Translations under genes and position numbers: made by a program
Origin: Macrostomum hystrix
Taxonomy: Eukaryota > Animalia > Platyhelminthes
NCBI GenBank assembly: GCA_950097015.1
Contig: CATNEN010000025.1
Coordinates: 3,782,001-3,846,000 of the forward strand
DNA length: 64,000 nt
Direction of reading: 5' to 3'
Part shown: in pieces, positions 12,891 to 26,635 of the stretch
Layout of the letters: the number at the start of each line of letters is the position of its first letter
How positions within the stretch are numbered: the first letter of the stretch is position 1
Notes under the pieces: model-generated
Seen by the model: the letters and a program-made list of their open reading frames with translations, nothing else
Database searches by the model: none
What the model was told of the DNA's origin: nothing

Positions 12891-14380
12891 TTTGCCTTAT
12901 AATTTACTTAGTAAATCTATGACTGATTTGATTTATTTGGTAAAAAACAAACCAAACATAAAATCAACAAAAAATATTGCCACTTAGATGATGAATTTAC
13001 TAATTTCTAATACCCCATAGACTTTTATATCAGTCTAAAGTAAGCTAAATAAAGTACATTATAAGATAGAAACAAAAACAAATTTAAAAAATTACAGCTT
13101 GCTGCTATTTGTGTGGGGATAAGCCTAATTTAACTTTTCTGAAATTGTATAAATGTGATTTACTTGAAATTAAGTTAGGCCAAAGTTAAAACAAATAATT
13201 AACTAAAATCAGCAAAGGTTGCAAAGCCATATTATAAAATAAAATAAAACACTACTGCTTTGGTCCCACTGTAATCTGTTGCAATCCATTGCAGTGTTTT
13301 GGTTTTTACATAGACACATTAGGATATGGCATTCATTATTATTTTTTACTTTTATTTTGTTACTTTGTTTTTATTACTAATTATTGAAGATTTTAAACTT
13401 CCTTAGAATAGGTCAACAAATTTGTTCTGTACTATAAAAGCTAGTCAAAACTTTATAAGAGACTATTATGATCATTGGTACAACTAGCTCAGTAGCCCCC
13501 CAAGCTTATAAAGTGGTTGCCTATGGAAAGATGCGCAGTCCTAGTAGGAACCAGAACCAGTTATTTTAGCAACAAGTTGAAAGTGGATGCCAATATAGAA
13601 GTGGACAAACTGGGATTTTTATACAAAGCCAAAGGTTTTTAGACACTATGTACTATTGTCTAAAAATTCTAATTCCTTAATAAGTAAATGTATATTTTAT
13701 GCCAATAGTAATTGAGTTTTCTAAAAAAGTAATTTTTTTAAAATATAAATTCCCATTGCATAGTCAGGAGGCAACTGCTTGCCAAAATTTGGCAGTGGTA
13801 TTGATTGGTAACCACAGAGTGTGCTCTGAAATTCCTCTAGTTTCTGCAGCTCACAGTACAGTACATATATATTTTTCAATACTATATGCAAATTGCAAGG
13901 TTGTATATATAATTAGGATAAATAAATCAGAAGACTAATAAATTCAAGCAGTATTACAAAAACTTTGCTAATGTAGATATTGTACAAAACTATATCCATC
14001 CAGTACTTTTAAGAGAAATATAAAACACTTCTTAAATGCTACCCACTTGGCATTTATCTTAATTTGCTGATATTATTAATTGTGATATGTACTATATGAT
14101 TTTGCATTCGGTAGCATGTTTATTTTAAGTGCTTTGTGTTCTATGTAAATAATTGTATATAACATCAAAACATTGCACCATATTTTATCTGGTAAATGGT
14201 GGCTCGTCAACCCAGTCCATGGACTAAACTGTTGTACGCAGCTCTTAAAATAGTTTTGCAATAGCTGTGGCAGTGCCGCTAGCTGAGCATCTAGCCTAAC
14301 TGGGCCAGCTGTAATTTTTATCTGTATCTATTCTCTTCAAGCTAGTGATATCGTTGATCACTTGCAGTTAGTATGCCCGA

Positions 14381-16342
14381 ATGTCTGGCTCCCCGGACAT
14401 AGACAAATGGCTGGCCGACTATCAGCAGCTGGCGGTGGCACCGTCGGCTGTCTCAGCCACCGCATCATCATTAATGTCTGCTTCTAGCGGCGAAATTTCT
14501 AGTCCTCAGGCGATCAACAGGTTCGCATTGAAGTCGCGAGCCAGTCAGTCGCTTTACTCGGCACTGGAGAACTGCCTGGAGTCCTGCACCGATGGCTCGG
14601 TTGTGGCCCCGGTGTGCAATCAACTATTTCAAATGTTCAAACACGACGATATTGATATGCGCCGCTTCACCTTGGAACTATTACCGTCTATAATTGTAAC
14701 TTACCTGCGCGCCGTGCACCATCGCAAGTGCATCCTGCACGCCAGCCTACTGTGCGACATAGCCACCGGAGCTAGCGGCGCCGGCGAGTCGGCTCCGATT
14801 GACGAATCCGAGACCGCAGCCGGCGGTGCCTGGATGCAATGGCTGGACCTGTTGGAGACTCTGGTACTGGGCCTCTATAATGTGGCCGCACTCAGGCAGC
14901 CCAGCGGAGGCCAGTTTCTCCTGCCCTCATTGGCCCATCCGTCGCTTTATCACCAGGGCGTGGCCATACCCGGCCACACGCCGGCTCTCATTATCCGGCC
15001 CCAGTGTCGCCCAGTGAAGTCTGTGAACAATGAGAATCGATTTTCCCTACTAACTCAGCTGCTGGCCGCCTACACTGACCAGGTGGACTCGCTGTCCTAT
15101 CGCAGCCAGCAGAGCTTTCTGCATATGCTCTGCCGCGTATGCGACCATTCGAGGCGTCTAGTGCCGCCGCCCAGGTCTGCGCCCGAGCCTGCTTTGTTAA
15201 TTATACATTTAAGATAGGAAAATTGCAGCCTAATAGTTACAGCTTTGGACTTCTCACTCGGAGGTCGGGAGTGAACAGCTGTATGCAGCATCCTCTGAAA
15301 CCACTGCGCAATAGCTGCTGTGGCTAGTCATTTTTATTTAGATTTATTTATTTTAACTTTCTTACTGTCAGTAGTGCAAACCTTTGGTGGTTTTTAACAT
15401 TTTCGCTTAATAAATCGCAGTTTTTTAGCATTTGGTGTTTGTTAAACTGGTGCTAGAGCCAACTGACCTTATTTGTACTTTCCTCACCGCGCTCCCAGAT
15501 CCGAGCAGTGGCGCGCACGCATCGTACTGGACCAGAACTTCCTGCTGCAGTCGCTGCAGACCCTTTACCGAATCCTGTTCGCCAGCCAGGGCGTGCCGCT
15601 GCCCCGTCGGGTCCGCGGCATGGATCGCATGGAGCAGCTGGCCCTCGAAGCTCTGCTAGTTGCGCGCAGTCGGGCCTCCTACGATTTGTTCGCAGACGCC
15701 CTGCTAGTTGCTAATTCTGTGCTCAACTCGCTCAGCGCCCATCCGGCTCCTAGCGCCGACGCCTGCGGCAGCGCTGGCGGCGCCGGTGTCAGCCTGGTTG
15801 TCACACCGCAGCGGCCGCTAGACCCGTCTGTAACTAAGAATGTAGTCACAAATGCTTCATTTCGAACGCGCCGCTTGCCGGAGGACATTCCCATTGCTTA
15901 TTCCACTCGCATTGCCGAGGAGGACGCGTCCGATGACGACTCGATTAGCGCCACCGCGTCTACAGCGACTCCGCCTAAAACTGGCGGTGGCCGGTCGCGT
16001 AGCCGGTCAAAATCTGAGCGGCCAACTTCATTCACTGGCGGTCTGGAGCAGGACATCAAAGATGCCACTCAGTCAATTAAGAAGAATCTGAGCAGCATTA
16101 CCAAATCCTTGCACATGTCCAAGCACAGCAGCAAGTCGGCTACCGGCGGAGCTGCATCTTCGTCGCCTGCCGCCAGTCGAGCTAACGGAGCCGCCGCATC
16201 GAATGAGGCCTCTGGGTCACCAACTAGCGGTCATCAACATCAGCAGCATCAGCAGTCCGCGCCGTTGTCGCCGCCTCAAGTGTCAATTATTCACCCGTCT
16301 GGCAGCATTAGCGATGGTGTTAGCTACTCAACTGAGCTCTGA
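14381..16342 (+). CDS. HYCC1: Hyccin / FAM126 family protein (PI4KA complex subunit)
   Basis: Exons 14381-15174 and 15499-16342, phase-2 GT-AG intron. Motifs DKWLADY, PVCNQLFQMF, RFTLELLPSII, LETLVLGLYN, LPSLAHPSLYH, NRFSLLTQLL, DALLVANSV and TKNVVTNASFR match hyccin in order. Confidence 0.9.
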
Positions 16343-18429
16343 TTGCGCATCAGCATAGATTAGAATCCAATGTTTATATCTACTGTGCTTAAATTCTCTT
16401 CAATTATTTTATTCAGGCAATATATTTACAATTTACCCATTCTTCTAGCGGCAATAACAGTTCCTAAGTCATAGAAACTCTTTTCTTCGCTTTTTCATAT
16501 ATTTTTCTATTTGCTAATTGTGATATTATAATTGTCATTATAGCTTCTTAGTTGATTAAAAAACGCCCTTATCAGCGAGTAATTACGGTGTTAGACTGTA
16601 AAATACCATACTGTCGAGTTCATCAAGTGCATCAATGCATCAATGCTTTTCCTAATTTGTTCTGGTGATTGATTTTGCCATTGTAATTGTACTAGTGGTT
16701 AGGCCATCGAAAACCTTATTTATGATTACCTATTGAAGTAATCATATTCGGATTGAGTTTGTTCAATAGGCTTTTGTTACACGCAATGTTGCACGCAATA
16801 AAAAATGATGTACTTCCAAGTTTTGAAATGTAGGGTATTTCGAATGAAAAAAAATGTTCTATTCTGTTCTCTATACAAGTCTTGCTGAGGTCTTTGTCGA
16901 TATTATTTCTGATGTACTCATTTCAATCTATTCCATTTCGCTTTAATATTAGCTGTAAACTGGCTTCCAGCATCAGCTGGGGTAGAGCTTTGGGTGGGTG
17001 TAGTGCCTCCCCAGTCCATGGACTGACAGGCTGTGTACACACATACTGCAGCCCCCACATCCCCCAGCTCTGGCAAGACTGCAACTACTGTCCATTTTCG
17101 TCGTGAGTCGATACTGCCAGGAAAATCTTATGCTTTTGGACTAGAAAGAAAACTTCGCAGTCTTGGAGTCGCAAATTTAAAAGTAAACATCACCACTTCT
17201 TCAAATTATACATAAAGCTAGCATTTGAAATGCGTCAGCTATTCGTTTTAGCTATCTAAAATTCCTTAGAGGCACCCAGCTAGCTTTGCGCTAGCTAGCA
17301 AACTTCGGCTGATAAATTTGACCAGAAAATTTCGAATAGCCAAGCTATTACCCGCTCACAACACTGCACAAACTATCGCCCGATAGTGCTGGAATAGGCA
17401 AAACCCAAAAATTTGTTACCTTAACATTATTTTTGGTTCATACTGCTCCAAGTATGTTCATATTGAGAGAGGGTTCACAGGTAGTGTTTCAGCTCTTTTA
17501 TAATATTGTGTTTTTTGTGAATGAGCACTTCAGGTGATATTCTGAAGCCTAGGAAAGACCAACCACCTTATTCCCGGATCCCCAGGTTGAGCCAACTGCA
17601 GTTTTATTCCAAGCTTCTCCGAGCAGCATTAAGCCCCATATATCAGTCACTATTCATTAAGCTGAAGTTGTCCGTCCGTCTTATAGGATAAGCCACAAAG
17701 TGTCATCAACAATAGTCTTATGTCTAGTTTTGAAACAAATTAGCATTGGCTTCGTCAACTTTTTCCTCTATTCATGTAATGGTTGATACACTAAATGGCA
17801 TCATTCCTGTGTTTAATCTAGAATTCGATCTCAGTCCTTATTTTGAACTTGTCGCTGACTCGATTATTGAATAAAACTTCTTTTTACATTGTTTTAGTGC
17901 ACTCTGCTAACATTGTTGGAGTTCTTCCTAAAGTTATTTTCTCAGTGTTTTGCTATCGCTTGGTTTCTTACTTTTTATCTTTCATTATTTTGCTTGAAAG
18001 CTCGTGAATGTCATTTACTAGTTTGGGCATGTTTCCGTCAGTCTCAACTGGTCTGACTTGGTCTTGGACGAGCATTGGTGCCCGCACATCAAACTGTTTC
18101 ACTCACTATATGTCTACCCTCATTCACTATGTCTAACCTTAAAGTTTGTCGATTGATAATTATAACTCCAGTAGTCTGCTGCTAAAATTATAGCATAATC
18201 TATACTAATTCTAGGCGCCTGATTAGCACGTATGAACTTGATTAATTCGTTAAATACTCGTAACTTTTGTAACTGAATTGTGAATGTCGATTTATCTACT
18301 CTTGCGTTATAAGTTGTCACATCTAGACTGTCGCAAATGAAAATAGAAAAGAGTTACTTTATAACCATCATATTCATTCAAATTAAATATGCTTGCACAG
18401 TGTGTAGTTTTGTTATTATCGTTGATCGT

Positions 18430-18735
18430 CAAAAAGTACGACATGAATGGGCTAAAATGGTCAAAAAGTACGACATGAATTGACATCGATGGCCCAAGAC
18501 CACAACATGAATAGACAATCGATGGCCCACGACCACAACATGAATAGACAATCGATGGCCCAAGACCACAACATGAATAGACAATCGATGGCCCAAGACC
18601 ACAACATGAATAGACAATCGATGGTCCAAGACCACAGAATGTGTAGATAATCGATGCCCCACGACCACAACATGAATAGACAATCGATGGTCCAAGAGCA
18701 CAACATGAATTTAGACAATCAATGGCCCAAGACTA
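18430..18735. repeat. Minisatellite, 33-bp unit (GATGGCCCAAGACCACAACATGAATAGACAATC)
   Basis: About 7 copies; expanded counterpart at 34700-35505. Confidence 0.9.
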
Positions 18736-19601
18736 TAGGATAAGGTATTTGCCTTTAAACTAACTTTCTAGGGTTCATTTAAATTACTTTTTCGTCAAGC
18801 AATACTATATGTTCAAGCAGTTGAAACGTTGGATTCATTACACCCAATTTGAATTTCGCTAGTCAGTTGCCTTTATGTATAAACATTGTGTGCGGATATT
18901 TTCCGTGTAAAATTTAGCCACTTGCTATAAATTAAATGAAGTTGCAAAGCTAAATCCGTGCAACTCCATGGCCCAGGCTTGCTTGTCTTTTTGCTTCTTG
19001 GCACTGTAATAGTTTACACTCGTGCTAGAAACAATCAACTAATAAAGCTACGTTGTTTGCGCTTCGCTCAGATCATTGGAGATGAGTGCGAGTTGGCGAT
19101 AAGCCAATAGGCGTAGAATCAGTTTGGTCGTTTAATATTTCGGATGTGTACATAAGAAAACATAGCAAGACAAATTTTAAGACAAATCGCACTGAAGAAG
19201 CTAGCTGTGGCTGCTGTCAATTCAGTATTTAAAAATTATATTAGGCTAGTCTTCACGTTTTTTAAGGATCAAGGTAAGATGCTTTCACGATTTTTCACGA
19301 ATTTCATCTTTGCAATGCTTTTTTACTATAAGTTTTGTCGCAGCACATCTCAATACTTTGCAAAGGCGTATAGGGTTCAGAGCCTTTTCATTGGAGGGCT
19401 GCATGCTAGGTGGGCGCCACCAGGAATTTAGTTGGTCATCCAATTAGGGCAGCAGGGCCAATGCCGTCTGGCTATGGCCTCGCTTGCATGGTTACCTATT
19501 ACCATTCGACAACCTCAGTCCTTTCGCTAGCTTCCCAGATCCCTAACATTCTCTCGTTGCCAGCCGAGTTGTTAAAATCCTGATCCCTAAACGCTGCAGC
19601 A

Positions 19602-20182
19602 ATGTTGGGCGCGAGAGGCTCAACCGGCGGTAATCCTCAGGTGACGCTAAGCTGGATCCCAGCCAGGCACGGCCAGATCCCCAACGGAGCCATCCAGGTT
19701 GGCCACGGCATCTTTGTTGCCAGGGCACAGCATGCTGGAGAGCTCATCCCAGGTGAGTAATTTCTTACCGTCCGTGTACTTCAGTATTGTATTAAGTGCA
19801 TTTTAGAAGAAGCGCGTTTCTATTCGTGCAACCGACCGTCCCCATCCGCGCAGGCAAGGCTGTCATGAACCACCAGAATGCCTACGTTGCCTACGGAGGT
19901 GTTGAGCATTCGGTGCCAGATTACGAGATCCTGTGCGACACCCACATCCAGTGCTTTGGTTGCAACTACACCTGGGAGCGCTGCAATGGGCGCAGCGTTC
20001 CTCACGGAGCCCTGATCGGAGGCTACTCCGCAGACAGGCAGCCCTACTACATCGGCCGCGGTCGCATCAACGGCGAGATGGTTGCCGGGAAAGTGTTCAC
20101 GCCTCACGGCTGCGCCTACTTCCCCTGGGGTGGTCAGGAGCACCGCAGCAGCGACTTTGAGATCCTCGTTCTCAGGCAGTGA
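19602..20182 (+). CDS. DM9-repeat (DUF3421) protein, copy A, 159 aa
   Basis: Exons 19602-19752 and 19854-20182 (phase 1). Two DM9 repeats: WIPARHGQIPNGAIQVG..FVARAQHAGELIPGK..AYVAYGG.EH..PDYEILC and W....VPHGALIGGY...PYYIGRGRINGEMVAGKV...AYFPWGGQEH...FEILV. Confidence 0.9.
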
Positions 20183-22479
20183 TCTCAGTGCGAGTTATGA
20201 GATTTGAAGTCACAATTGCCCCATTCGCCATGTTCTACGCAATATGCCATATTCGTTATTCTAGGCATATCGAGCATAAGAAATCCCAACTATTTCTCCT
20301 TTATTATGCAAACGTACAAGCAGTTTTTGCCAATAATTCAATCTCTTGAGTGCCCTATTCGTTCGCATGCTTATCGGAACCGACAAATTCCCCCTTTTAG
20401 AAAAATTTGGCTTGCAGTTCCTAATTGCTACCTTTTTCAGCTTAAGTTTTCTTGCTCTATCAAACACCTAAATACATTGTAAAATAGGAGTAGCCATGCA
20501 ATATATGCCAGGTTTTACTATAATCTTGAATTCATTCGTCTATCTAGAGGTGTGTGTGGTGTGTGAAAGGTACGATAGGCTCGGGTGGCGGTGTTGTGTT
20601 GACATTGATAAGCGTTGTATTTCAATCGAATTGCTCTAGGATCTTTCCTTGGCCAGCTCAAAAAGCACAAATGGCCAAAATGCTAAAAGAGCAGTTCTAG
20701 ACAACAGAAAAAGTAGGCAGCGATACCAATTGAAATGCTTAAAGAAAAGCAACAATTTAATGCGCAAAAGCGATGGCCCCTTAACAGTGGAAATACCAGG
20801 CAATTTTTCCCCTGGGGAAGACTTCGGGGTATTTCAAATATATTCCACTGCCTACTTCACGAAAGCTCCCTAACCCAATGTCGGATTTTCAACCTCGTCA
20901 GACCTGTACCGCCTCCGAGGCATCCAGGCCACGATCGGCGCTAACGTGGCGCCCGTCTTTGTAACGAGTGCGATGAGTCCTAATCGTGCACCGCTGCCGC
21001 CTCTTGGGCCCGTGCCCGTAGCCCGCGCTTGTCTTCGCGGACTATAGGACCATGCTGGTGCTACTCGTGGAGGCGGACCTCATCCGACGCCCGGCACTAT
21101 GGGCCTCGTGTCGAATACCCGCGACTCGGACTGTCCTTGGCCGAATATCCATTCCGTGCGGATGGTTATTCACTCCGACGCGTTGATGGATATCACCAGG
21201 TGCCGGTTCTTCCAAGCTGTCATTGATACCAGTCCTGCTTAATGATGCAGGACGAAGTCATGGACGAAGACCGTGTCGCTGACAGGGAAGCTTTACGCTG
21301 CGCGCGGAGCTCAAATTCCAGGACTTAGCTAATGCGAACGCGACCATTCTAGCTACATTTAGGAGCTGTTAGTTCCTTCAAAAAAACTTTTGGTTTCACC
21401 AGAAATTCTCGCCTCTGCCCGCAAAGGTTAACCCTCCTTTACGGGGGCAGAAATGGAAGGTTCCGTTTGATGTGAGATGAAAGAATGATTGCAGGGGATC
21501 GATTGGGACCGTTCCTGACCGTAGATGAGTGGTAACAAGGTGAGAGTTCCTCGAAGCCTTTTCATACTCGGGGGCGTCATACTCTTTGGGTGTAATTACG
21601 CCCTGTTTTTGTCTATTGCGCTTTATAATCTAAAGACAAGTAAAAATTACTTTACTTTAAGTTACTTTGTTTCACAGACATCATAGACATGACAGCGATC
21701 GTGTGACTGTGTATGTAGTAATGTTAGACCTTGTTTGTTGGCGCAATTCTATATTTAGGCTTCTCTTCAAGTCATGGGGTGTTTATATTACCATTGCGCA
21801 CCTTGCTAGCAAAGTAATTCCAGGCGAGTCAACTTAGGACGCCGACAAGGAATGTCTTATTCGAGCTAGCTATGTGAAACCTAAGTTAATAATCCATGCT
21901 AATTTGAACACTGCCAACAATTTTGAGCAATTTTACGTTAGAAATGGCTTTGGAAAGCGTAAATAACGACGAAGTTGAGCCTGCTTCATTTTCTGATGTT
22001 TGGGAAATAAATGTAACATTGTGAACTGTCTTCAATACTTTTTTCTAACCAAATTGCAATTCGCTTCAAAATTTCGTTTTGCACATTGGCACTTGTCTTG
22101 GCTAAATGAGCGTAACAAACTGCATGAATGAAAAGCCTAGGAGGCAAAACAGTATCGATTTTAAAATTATTTAAAAAAAACTGGCTGCTATTCGGCAAAC
22201 CATCTTTAGTACTCGTATTTAAAATGCGCACAAATTATTTATGCCCCAACTGAATAAACCACTTTTAGATAAACGGCTGATACCTTAGAATATGTATTCG
22301 ATTCAAAATTTCTTAATCGTGCGTGAAACAGCACAATCGATCATTGCAGTGACTTCAATAATTTTCCTTTAAACGGGGCAACGTGTCCGATTGACGGAGA
22401 TAGTTGCACGACTGCCAGCGTCTCATGAAAATTCGCTTTTTTGCGCACAAACTTGTCTTCCAGTGACGTGGGCTGTTGT

Positions 22480-22900
22480 CACATTGATGGCGTTTGTCGT
22501 CCCGTTGACGGCGTTGTCCCGTTGACGGCGTTTGTTGTCCCGATGACGGCGTTTGTTGTCTTATTGACTGTCTGGTTTTGATGTCCCTTTGACGTTAGTG
22601 TACTTGTTGTCCCGTTGACGGCGCTTTTTGTCCGGTTGACTGCCTTGGGATGGTGTTTCATGTCTCTTTGACGTTAGTGTACTTGTTGTCCCGTTGACAG
22701 CGTTTTTTGTCCGGTTGACTGCCTTGGGATGGTGTTTCATGTCTCTTTGACGTTAGTGTACTTGTTGTCCCGTTGACGGCGCTTTTTGTCCGGTTGACTG
22801 CCTTGGGATGGTGTTTCATGTCTCTTTGACGTTAGTGTACTTGTTGTCCCGTTGACGGCGTTTTTTGTCCGGTTGAGAGTGCTTGTTGTCATGTGGACGG
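22480..22900. repeat. 79-bp tandem repeat (~3.7 copies) preceded by short GTCCCGTTGACGGCG motifs
   Basis: GACGTTAGTG recurs at 22591, 22670, 22749 and 22828. Confidence 0.85.
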
Positions 22901-23685
22901 CGTTTCATTGGCCTGCTGATTTGGCAAATTCAAATTCAAATTCTAGTTCTCCCCATAATTCCATTTAAGAATATGAATGAAATAAACACATCACGACTTT
23001 TGTCTTCATAATCTAATCGTACAATACCATTCGATCCCTGAGGTATACACAGACACAAGGTATTTTTTGCATGCTAGCCAAATATGTTGTTACATACATA
23101 ACAGCCAAGCATGCTGTTACATACTAGCCAAATAAGCGCTATGGCTTTATTTGATATACTTCAACTGCTTTTGGAAAACTTTGCTTTATCATTTTAAGCG
23201 ATCATTTTGGTGAGTGACGCTCACGCTATGATAAGCCAATATAAATGTTCAGTAAGCGTTTAAAAGTAATTTGCGTAGTGAGCGTCGTTACCCTGAACCA
23301 AAAGCGTTAGGCAAAACAGTATGAGTAATTTAATGGTAGCTATTCGTGATACCTAGGACAAAGTCGACTATGATAGGCTTTCAACAAATGGGGGTGGTTT
23401 GTTTAGTGTCAGTCCAGCGCACGCGGCTCGTTGGCAACGTCACTATCAGAGACCATTGAGCAATGATATCAGTTTCTTAAGTTAATGCTGAATAATTGTA
23501 TTCCAAAAACAGTTGGCATGAACCGCTTGGCTTATGGGAAACAGCGTTCTTGGGCTATCTACATAGATATCGCTCGAGCAAATAAAAAGCCATGAACGTC
23601 GGTTGGTGCGAAATCTCTCCCTTTAAAGCAAGTCTCAGAGCGTGTAGCGTTCGAGTTTCATTACATTTTTTCTCTACTAGAAATC

Positions 23686-24322
23686 ATGTGGGGCTCACGC
23701 GGCTCAGCCGGCGGTAATCCTCAGGTGACGCTAAGCTGGATCCCAGCCAGGCACGGCCAGATCCCTAACGGAGCCATCCAGGTTGGCCACGGCATCTTTG
23801 TTGCCAGGGCACAGCATGCTGGAGAGCTCATCCCAGGTGAGGCAATATATTCTGAGTAAATGAGAATGATCTTTGTGCTGATACGATGTTCGGTCTAATT
23901 TTTTATGGTGTTTTTTAACCTGAATTAAAAAATCTGAATCACAACCTAACAAGCGAAAACAGAACACTTAATTATACATTTTTATCAACCCAGGCAAGGC
24001 GGCCATGGGCCACCAGAATGCCTACGTTGCCTACGGGGGTCGCGAGCATACGGTGCCAGATTACGAGATCCTGTGCGACACCCACATCCAGTGCTTCGGT
24101 TGCAACTACACCTGGGAGCGCTGCAATGGGCGCAGCGTTCCTCACGGAGCCCTGATCGGCGGCTACTCCGCAGACAGGCAGCCCTACTACATCGGCCGCG
24201 GTCGCATCAACGGCGAGATGGTTGCCGGGAAAGTGTTCACGCCTCACGGCTGCGCCTACTTCCCCTGGGGTGGTCAGGAGCACCGCAGCAGCGACTTTGA
24301 GATCCTCGTTCTCAGGCAGTGA
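23686..24322 (+). CDS. DM9-repeat (DUF3421) protein, copy B, 159 aa
   Basis: Exons 23686-23836 and 23994-24322; coding sequence nearly identical to copy A, intron and flanks unrelated. Confidence 0.9.
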
Positions 24323-25084
24323 TCTTTGCGGGAGCTTTGGAACTTCAAACAACGTTTATTAAGGATTTGCTTTATGTATTCTAACGTAGATTTCGATGTA
24401 TTCTCGAAGTTAGTAACCCGATTTCGATTTGAAAATTTTTTATGTCCTGTTTTTTGTTTGAATTCTCAGGATCAGAGTCCTGTGTTGAAAATAGCCATAT
24501 ATTCCATTTTTAAAGTTGATTGTTTCCTCAGTTCTGTTTTTTTATTTTTAGCGCGGGCGTGAAGGATCAAAGGCTTAAGAAAATTGCATATGTTATACTC
24601 TCTTAAGTACACATTTGTACACCCTAATAAAACTGGGACCAATATACTAACTTATTTGTATTTGTAACAGACAGTTTCATATTAGCTACTGAGCGTATTG
24701 GACAATCACTATAGTTTGCAATACATACGCTATCACTATCACCTTCTGTGGAGGATCGCTGCAATCAGTGGATTTGAATCATATGCCGTCTAAAAAATAA
24801 AGAATTGAACACAAGGGCTGAAAGTCCACGGGTGAATGGACGTGTGGGAAACCAAAATTCAGAATTTGTTGCTCAAGCTGGTCCCTTTCGGCATCGTGAA
24901 ACAAGATGATCAGGTGTGCAATATGACGAGGAAGTATTGGTGGTGATTAAGCTGTCGGCTGCCTTCTCCATGGACGGATCGACGACCCGATCTCCCTGAG
25001 GTATAGTCCCTTATTAGTGTACGAAGTCTTGGTCACGATTTAATAACTATACTCAACTGCGCATCGTGGTCGCCAATGTAACTA

Positions 25085-25590
25085 GATGAAAAAAGATAAG
25101 CCGGCGCCGTTGCGGGTCAAAAGTGTATTAACTCCCGACCGCTTAGTTCAGAACCCGAGCTTGCTATAATTAAGAATTAGGTAAGAGTTGAGACGCTTTA
25201 GCAACTTTTGAGCCTAAATGTCAAACGCGGACCGCGATTTCGGGTCAAAAACGTTTTAAAAGCGGATCATTTGAGCCGCTTGAGCCGCCAGTTGGGGGTG
25301 GTGTACGTGGGCGGGGGTTGGCGCATGGTTGTGCGTACATTACTGGGGTTGGGGTGGCAGCTAGGGAAACCCCAGCTGGTCATGTGGGTTATAAATGGCT
25401 TAAAAACTGGTCAATTATGACTGTGGCGTCTCAAATGTTGTTTAAAAGTTGTCAATGCGGCTAAAGTGTTGGTTAAATGATGGTTAAGCGGCTCAACTGG
25501 TGGATTCCCGCAAAAAGTCACGTGACAGCTGTTGCCGGATGAATAGTGTACAAATAAGTTGGCCATAAGGCTCAAGTACTGGTTAAAAGT
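25085..25590 (+). mobile_element. Dispersed ~500-bp repeat, probable non-autonomous element (copy 1)
   Basis: Colinear, diverged direct match to ~31470-32005 (e.g. GTAAGAGTTGAGACGCTTTAGCAACTTT; GAGCCGCCAGTTGGGGGTGGTGTACGTGGGCGGGGGTTGGCGCATGGTT). Confidence 0.7.
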
Positions 25591-25924
25591 TGTGCATTCG
25601 GCTCAAATACTGCTTAAAAGTTGCTCATGCGGCTCCAATACTGCTTAAAAGTTGCTCGTCCGTAACAGCTGCTAGTAGTTCAAATGGGATCGAAAAGTTA
25701 ATATATAATAGGAGCTAGAAAAGATTCTATGTTTAACGCTCCTTTAACTTGAAGTGTAAAGAAGTTTTTGAAGGAGTGTCGCACAATTATGTCGCAGTTG
25801 TGTCGCACAAATAGTTATGCATTTGTTTGCTATTATTGATATTTAGAAAATTGTGATTTTGTTAAGCGTAGCGTTTATTTAGTCATATATATATATACGT
25901 ATGTAAACACAATGGAAAAACAAT

Positions 25925-26381
25925 TGGCCTATCCAGTGGGATCCAGGGGCTGGACTCGCAATCCATTCTGTTTATTCTATCCAGTGGGATGGACTAGCAA
26001 TCCATTCTGTTTATTCTATCCAGTGGGATGGACTAGCAATCCATTCTGTTTATTCTATCCAGTGGGATGGACTAGCAATCCATTCTGTTTATTCTATCCA
26101 GTGGGATGGACTAGCAATCCATTCTGTTTATTCTATCCAGTGGGATGGACTAGCAATCCATTCTGTTTATTCTATCCAGTGGGATGGACTAGCAATCCAT
26201 TCTGTTTATTCTATCCAGTGGGATGGACTAGCAATCCATTCTGTTTATTCTATTCAGTGGGATGGACTAGCAATCCATTCTGTTTATTCTATCCAGTGGG
26301 ATGGACTAGCAATCCATTCTGTTTATTCTATCCAGTGGGATGGACTAGCAATCCATTCTGTTTATTCTATCCAGTGGGATG
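25925..26381. repeat. Minisatellite, 39-bp unit (AATCCATTCTGTTTATTCTATCCAGTGGGATGGACTAGC), ~11 copies
   Basis: Near-perfect array; source of the NPFCLFYPVGWTS ORF. Confidence 0.95.
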
Positions 26382-26490
26382 AAGTCGCAATGGAATGGCC
26401 TATAAGTTTGATTACCAAACAAAAAAACAAAAACAAACAGAAACATAAACAAGAAGCGAAAAGCAATGCAGAATAAAGAATCAGAAATAA

Positions 26491-26635
26491 GCAATAAGAA
26501 CATTGTAATAAAAAATACGCAATAAGAACATTGTCATCAAAAATACGCAGTAAGAACATTGTCATCAAAAATACGCAATAAGAACATTGTCATAAAAAAT
26601 ACGCAATAAGAACATTGTCATCAAAAATAAGCAAT
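26491..26635. repeat. 28-bp tandem repeat x5 (AATAAGAACATTGTCATCAAAAATACGC)
   Basis: Units start at 26493, 26521, 26549, 26577 and 26605. Confidence 0.9.

Larger units (their letters stand above)
17480..20768 (+). repeat. Left arm of inverted segmental duplication carrying DM9 gene A
   Basis: Reverse complement of ~32663-36420; mirrored ORFs (19796-20182 vs 33254-33640; 20204-20482 vs 32954-33232; 19207-19431 vs 34003-34227). The outer ~550 bp is more diverged. Confidence 0.9.

Noticed and set aside
6867-14381. Functional linkage of the divergent FRY and hyccin genes
   Set aside because: 7.5 kb of repeat-rich spacer, no mapped TSS and no established shared pathway.
25912-26382. CRISPR-like array or 156-aa repeat protein
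   Set aside because: The 39-bp units are head-to-tail with no unique spacers, there are no cas genes, and the context is eukaryotic.
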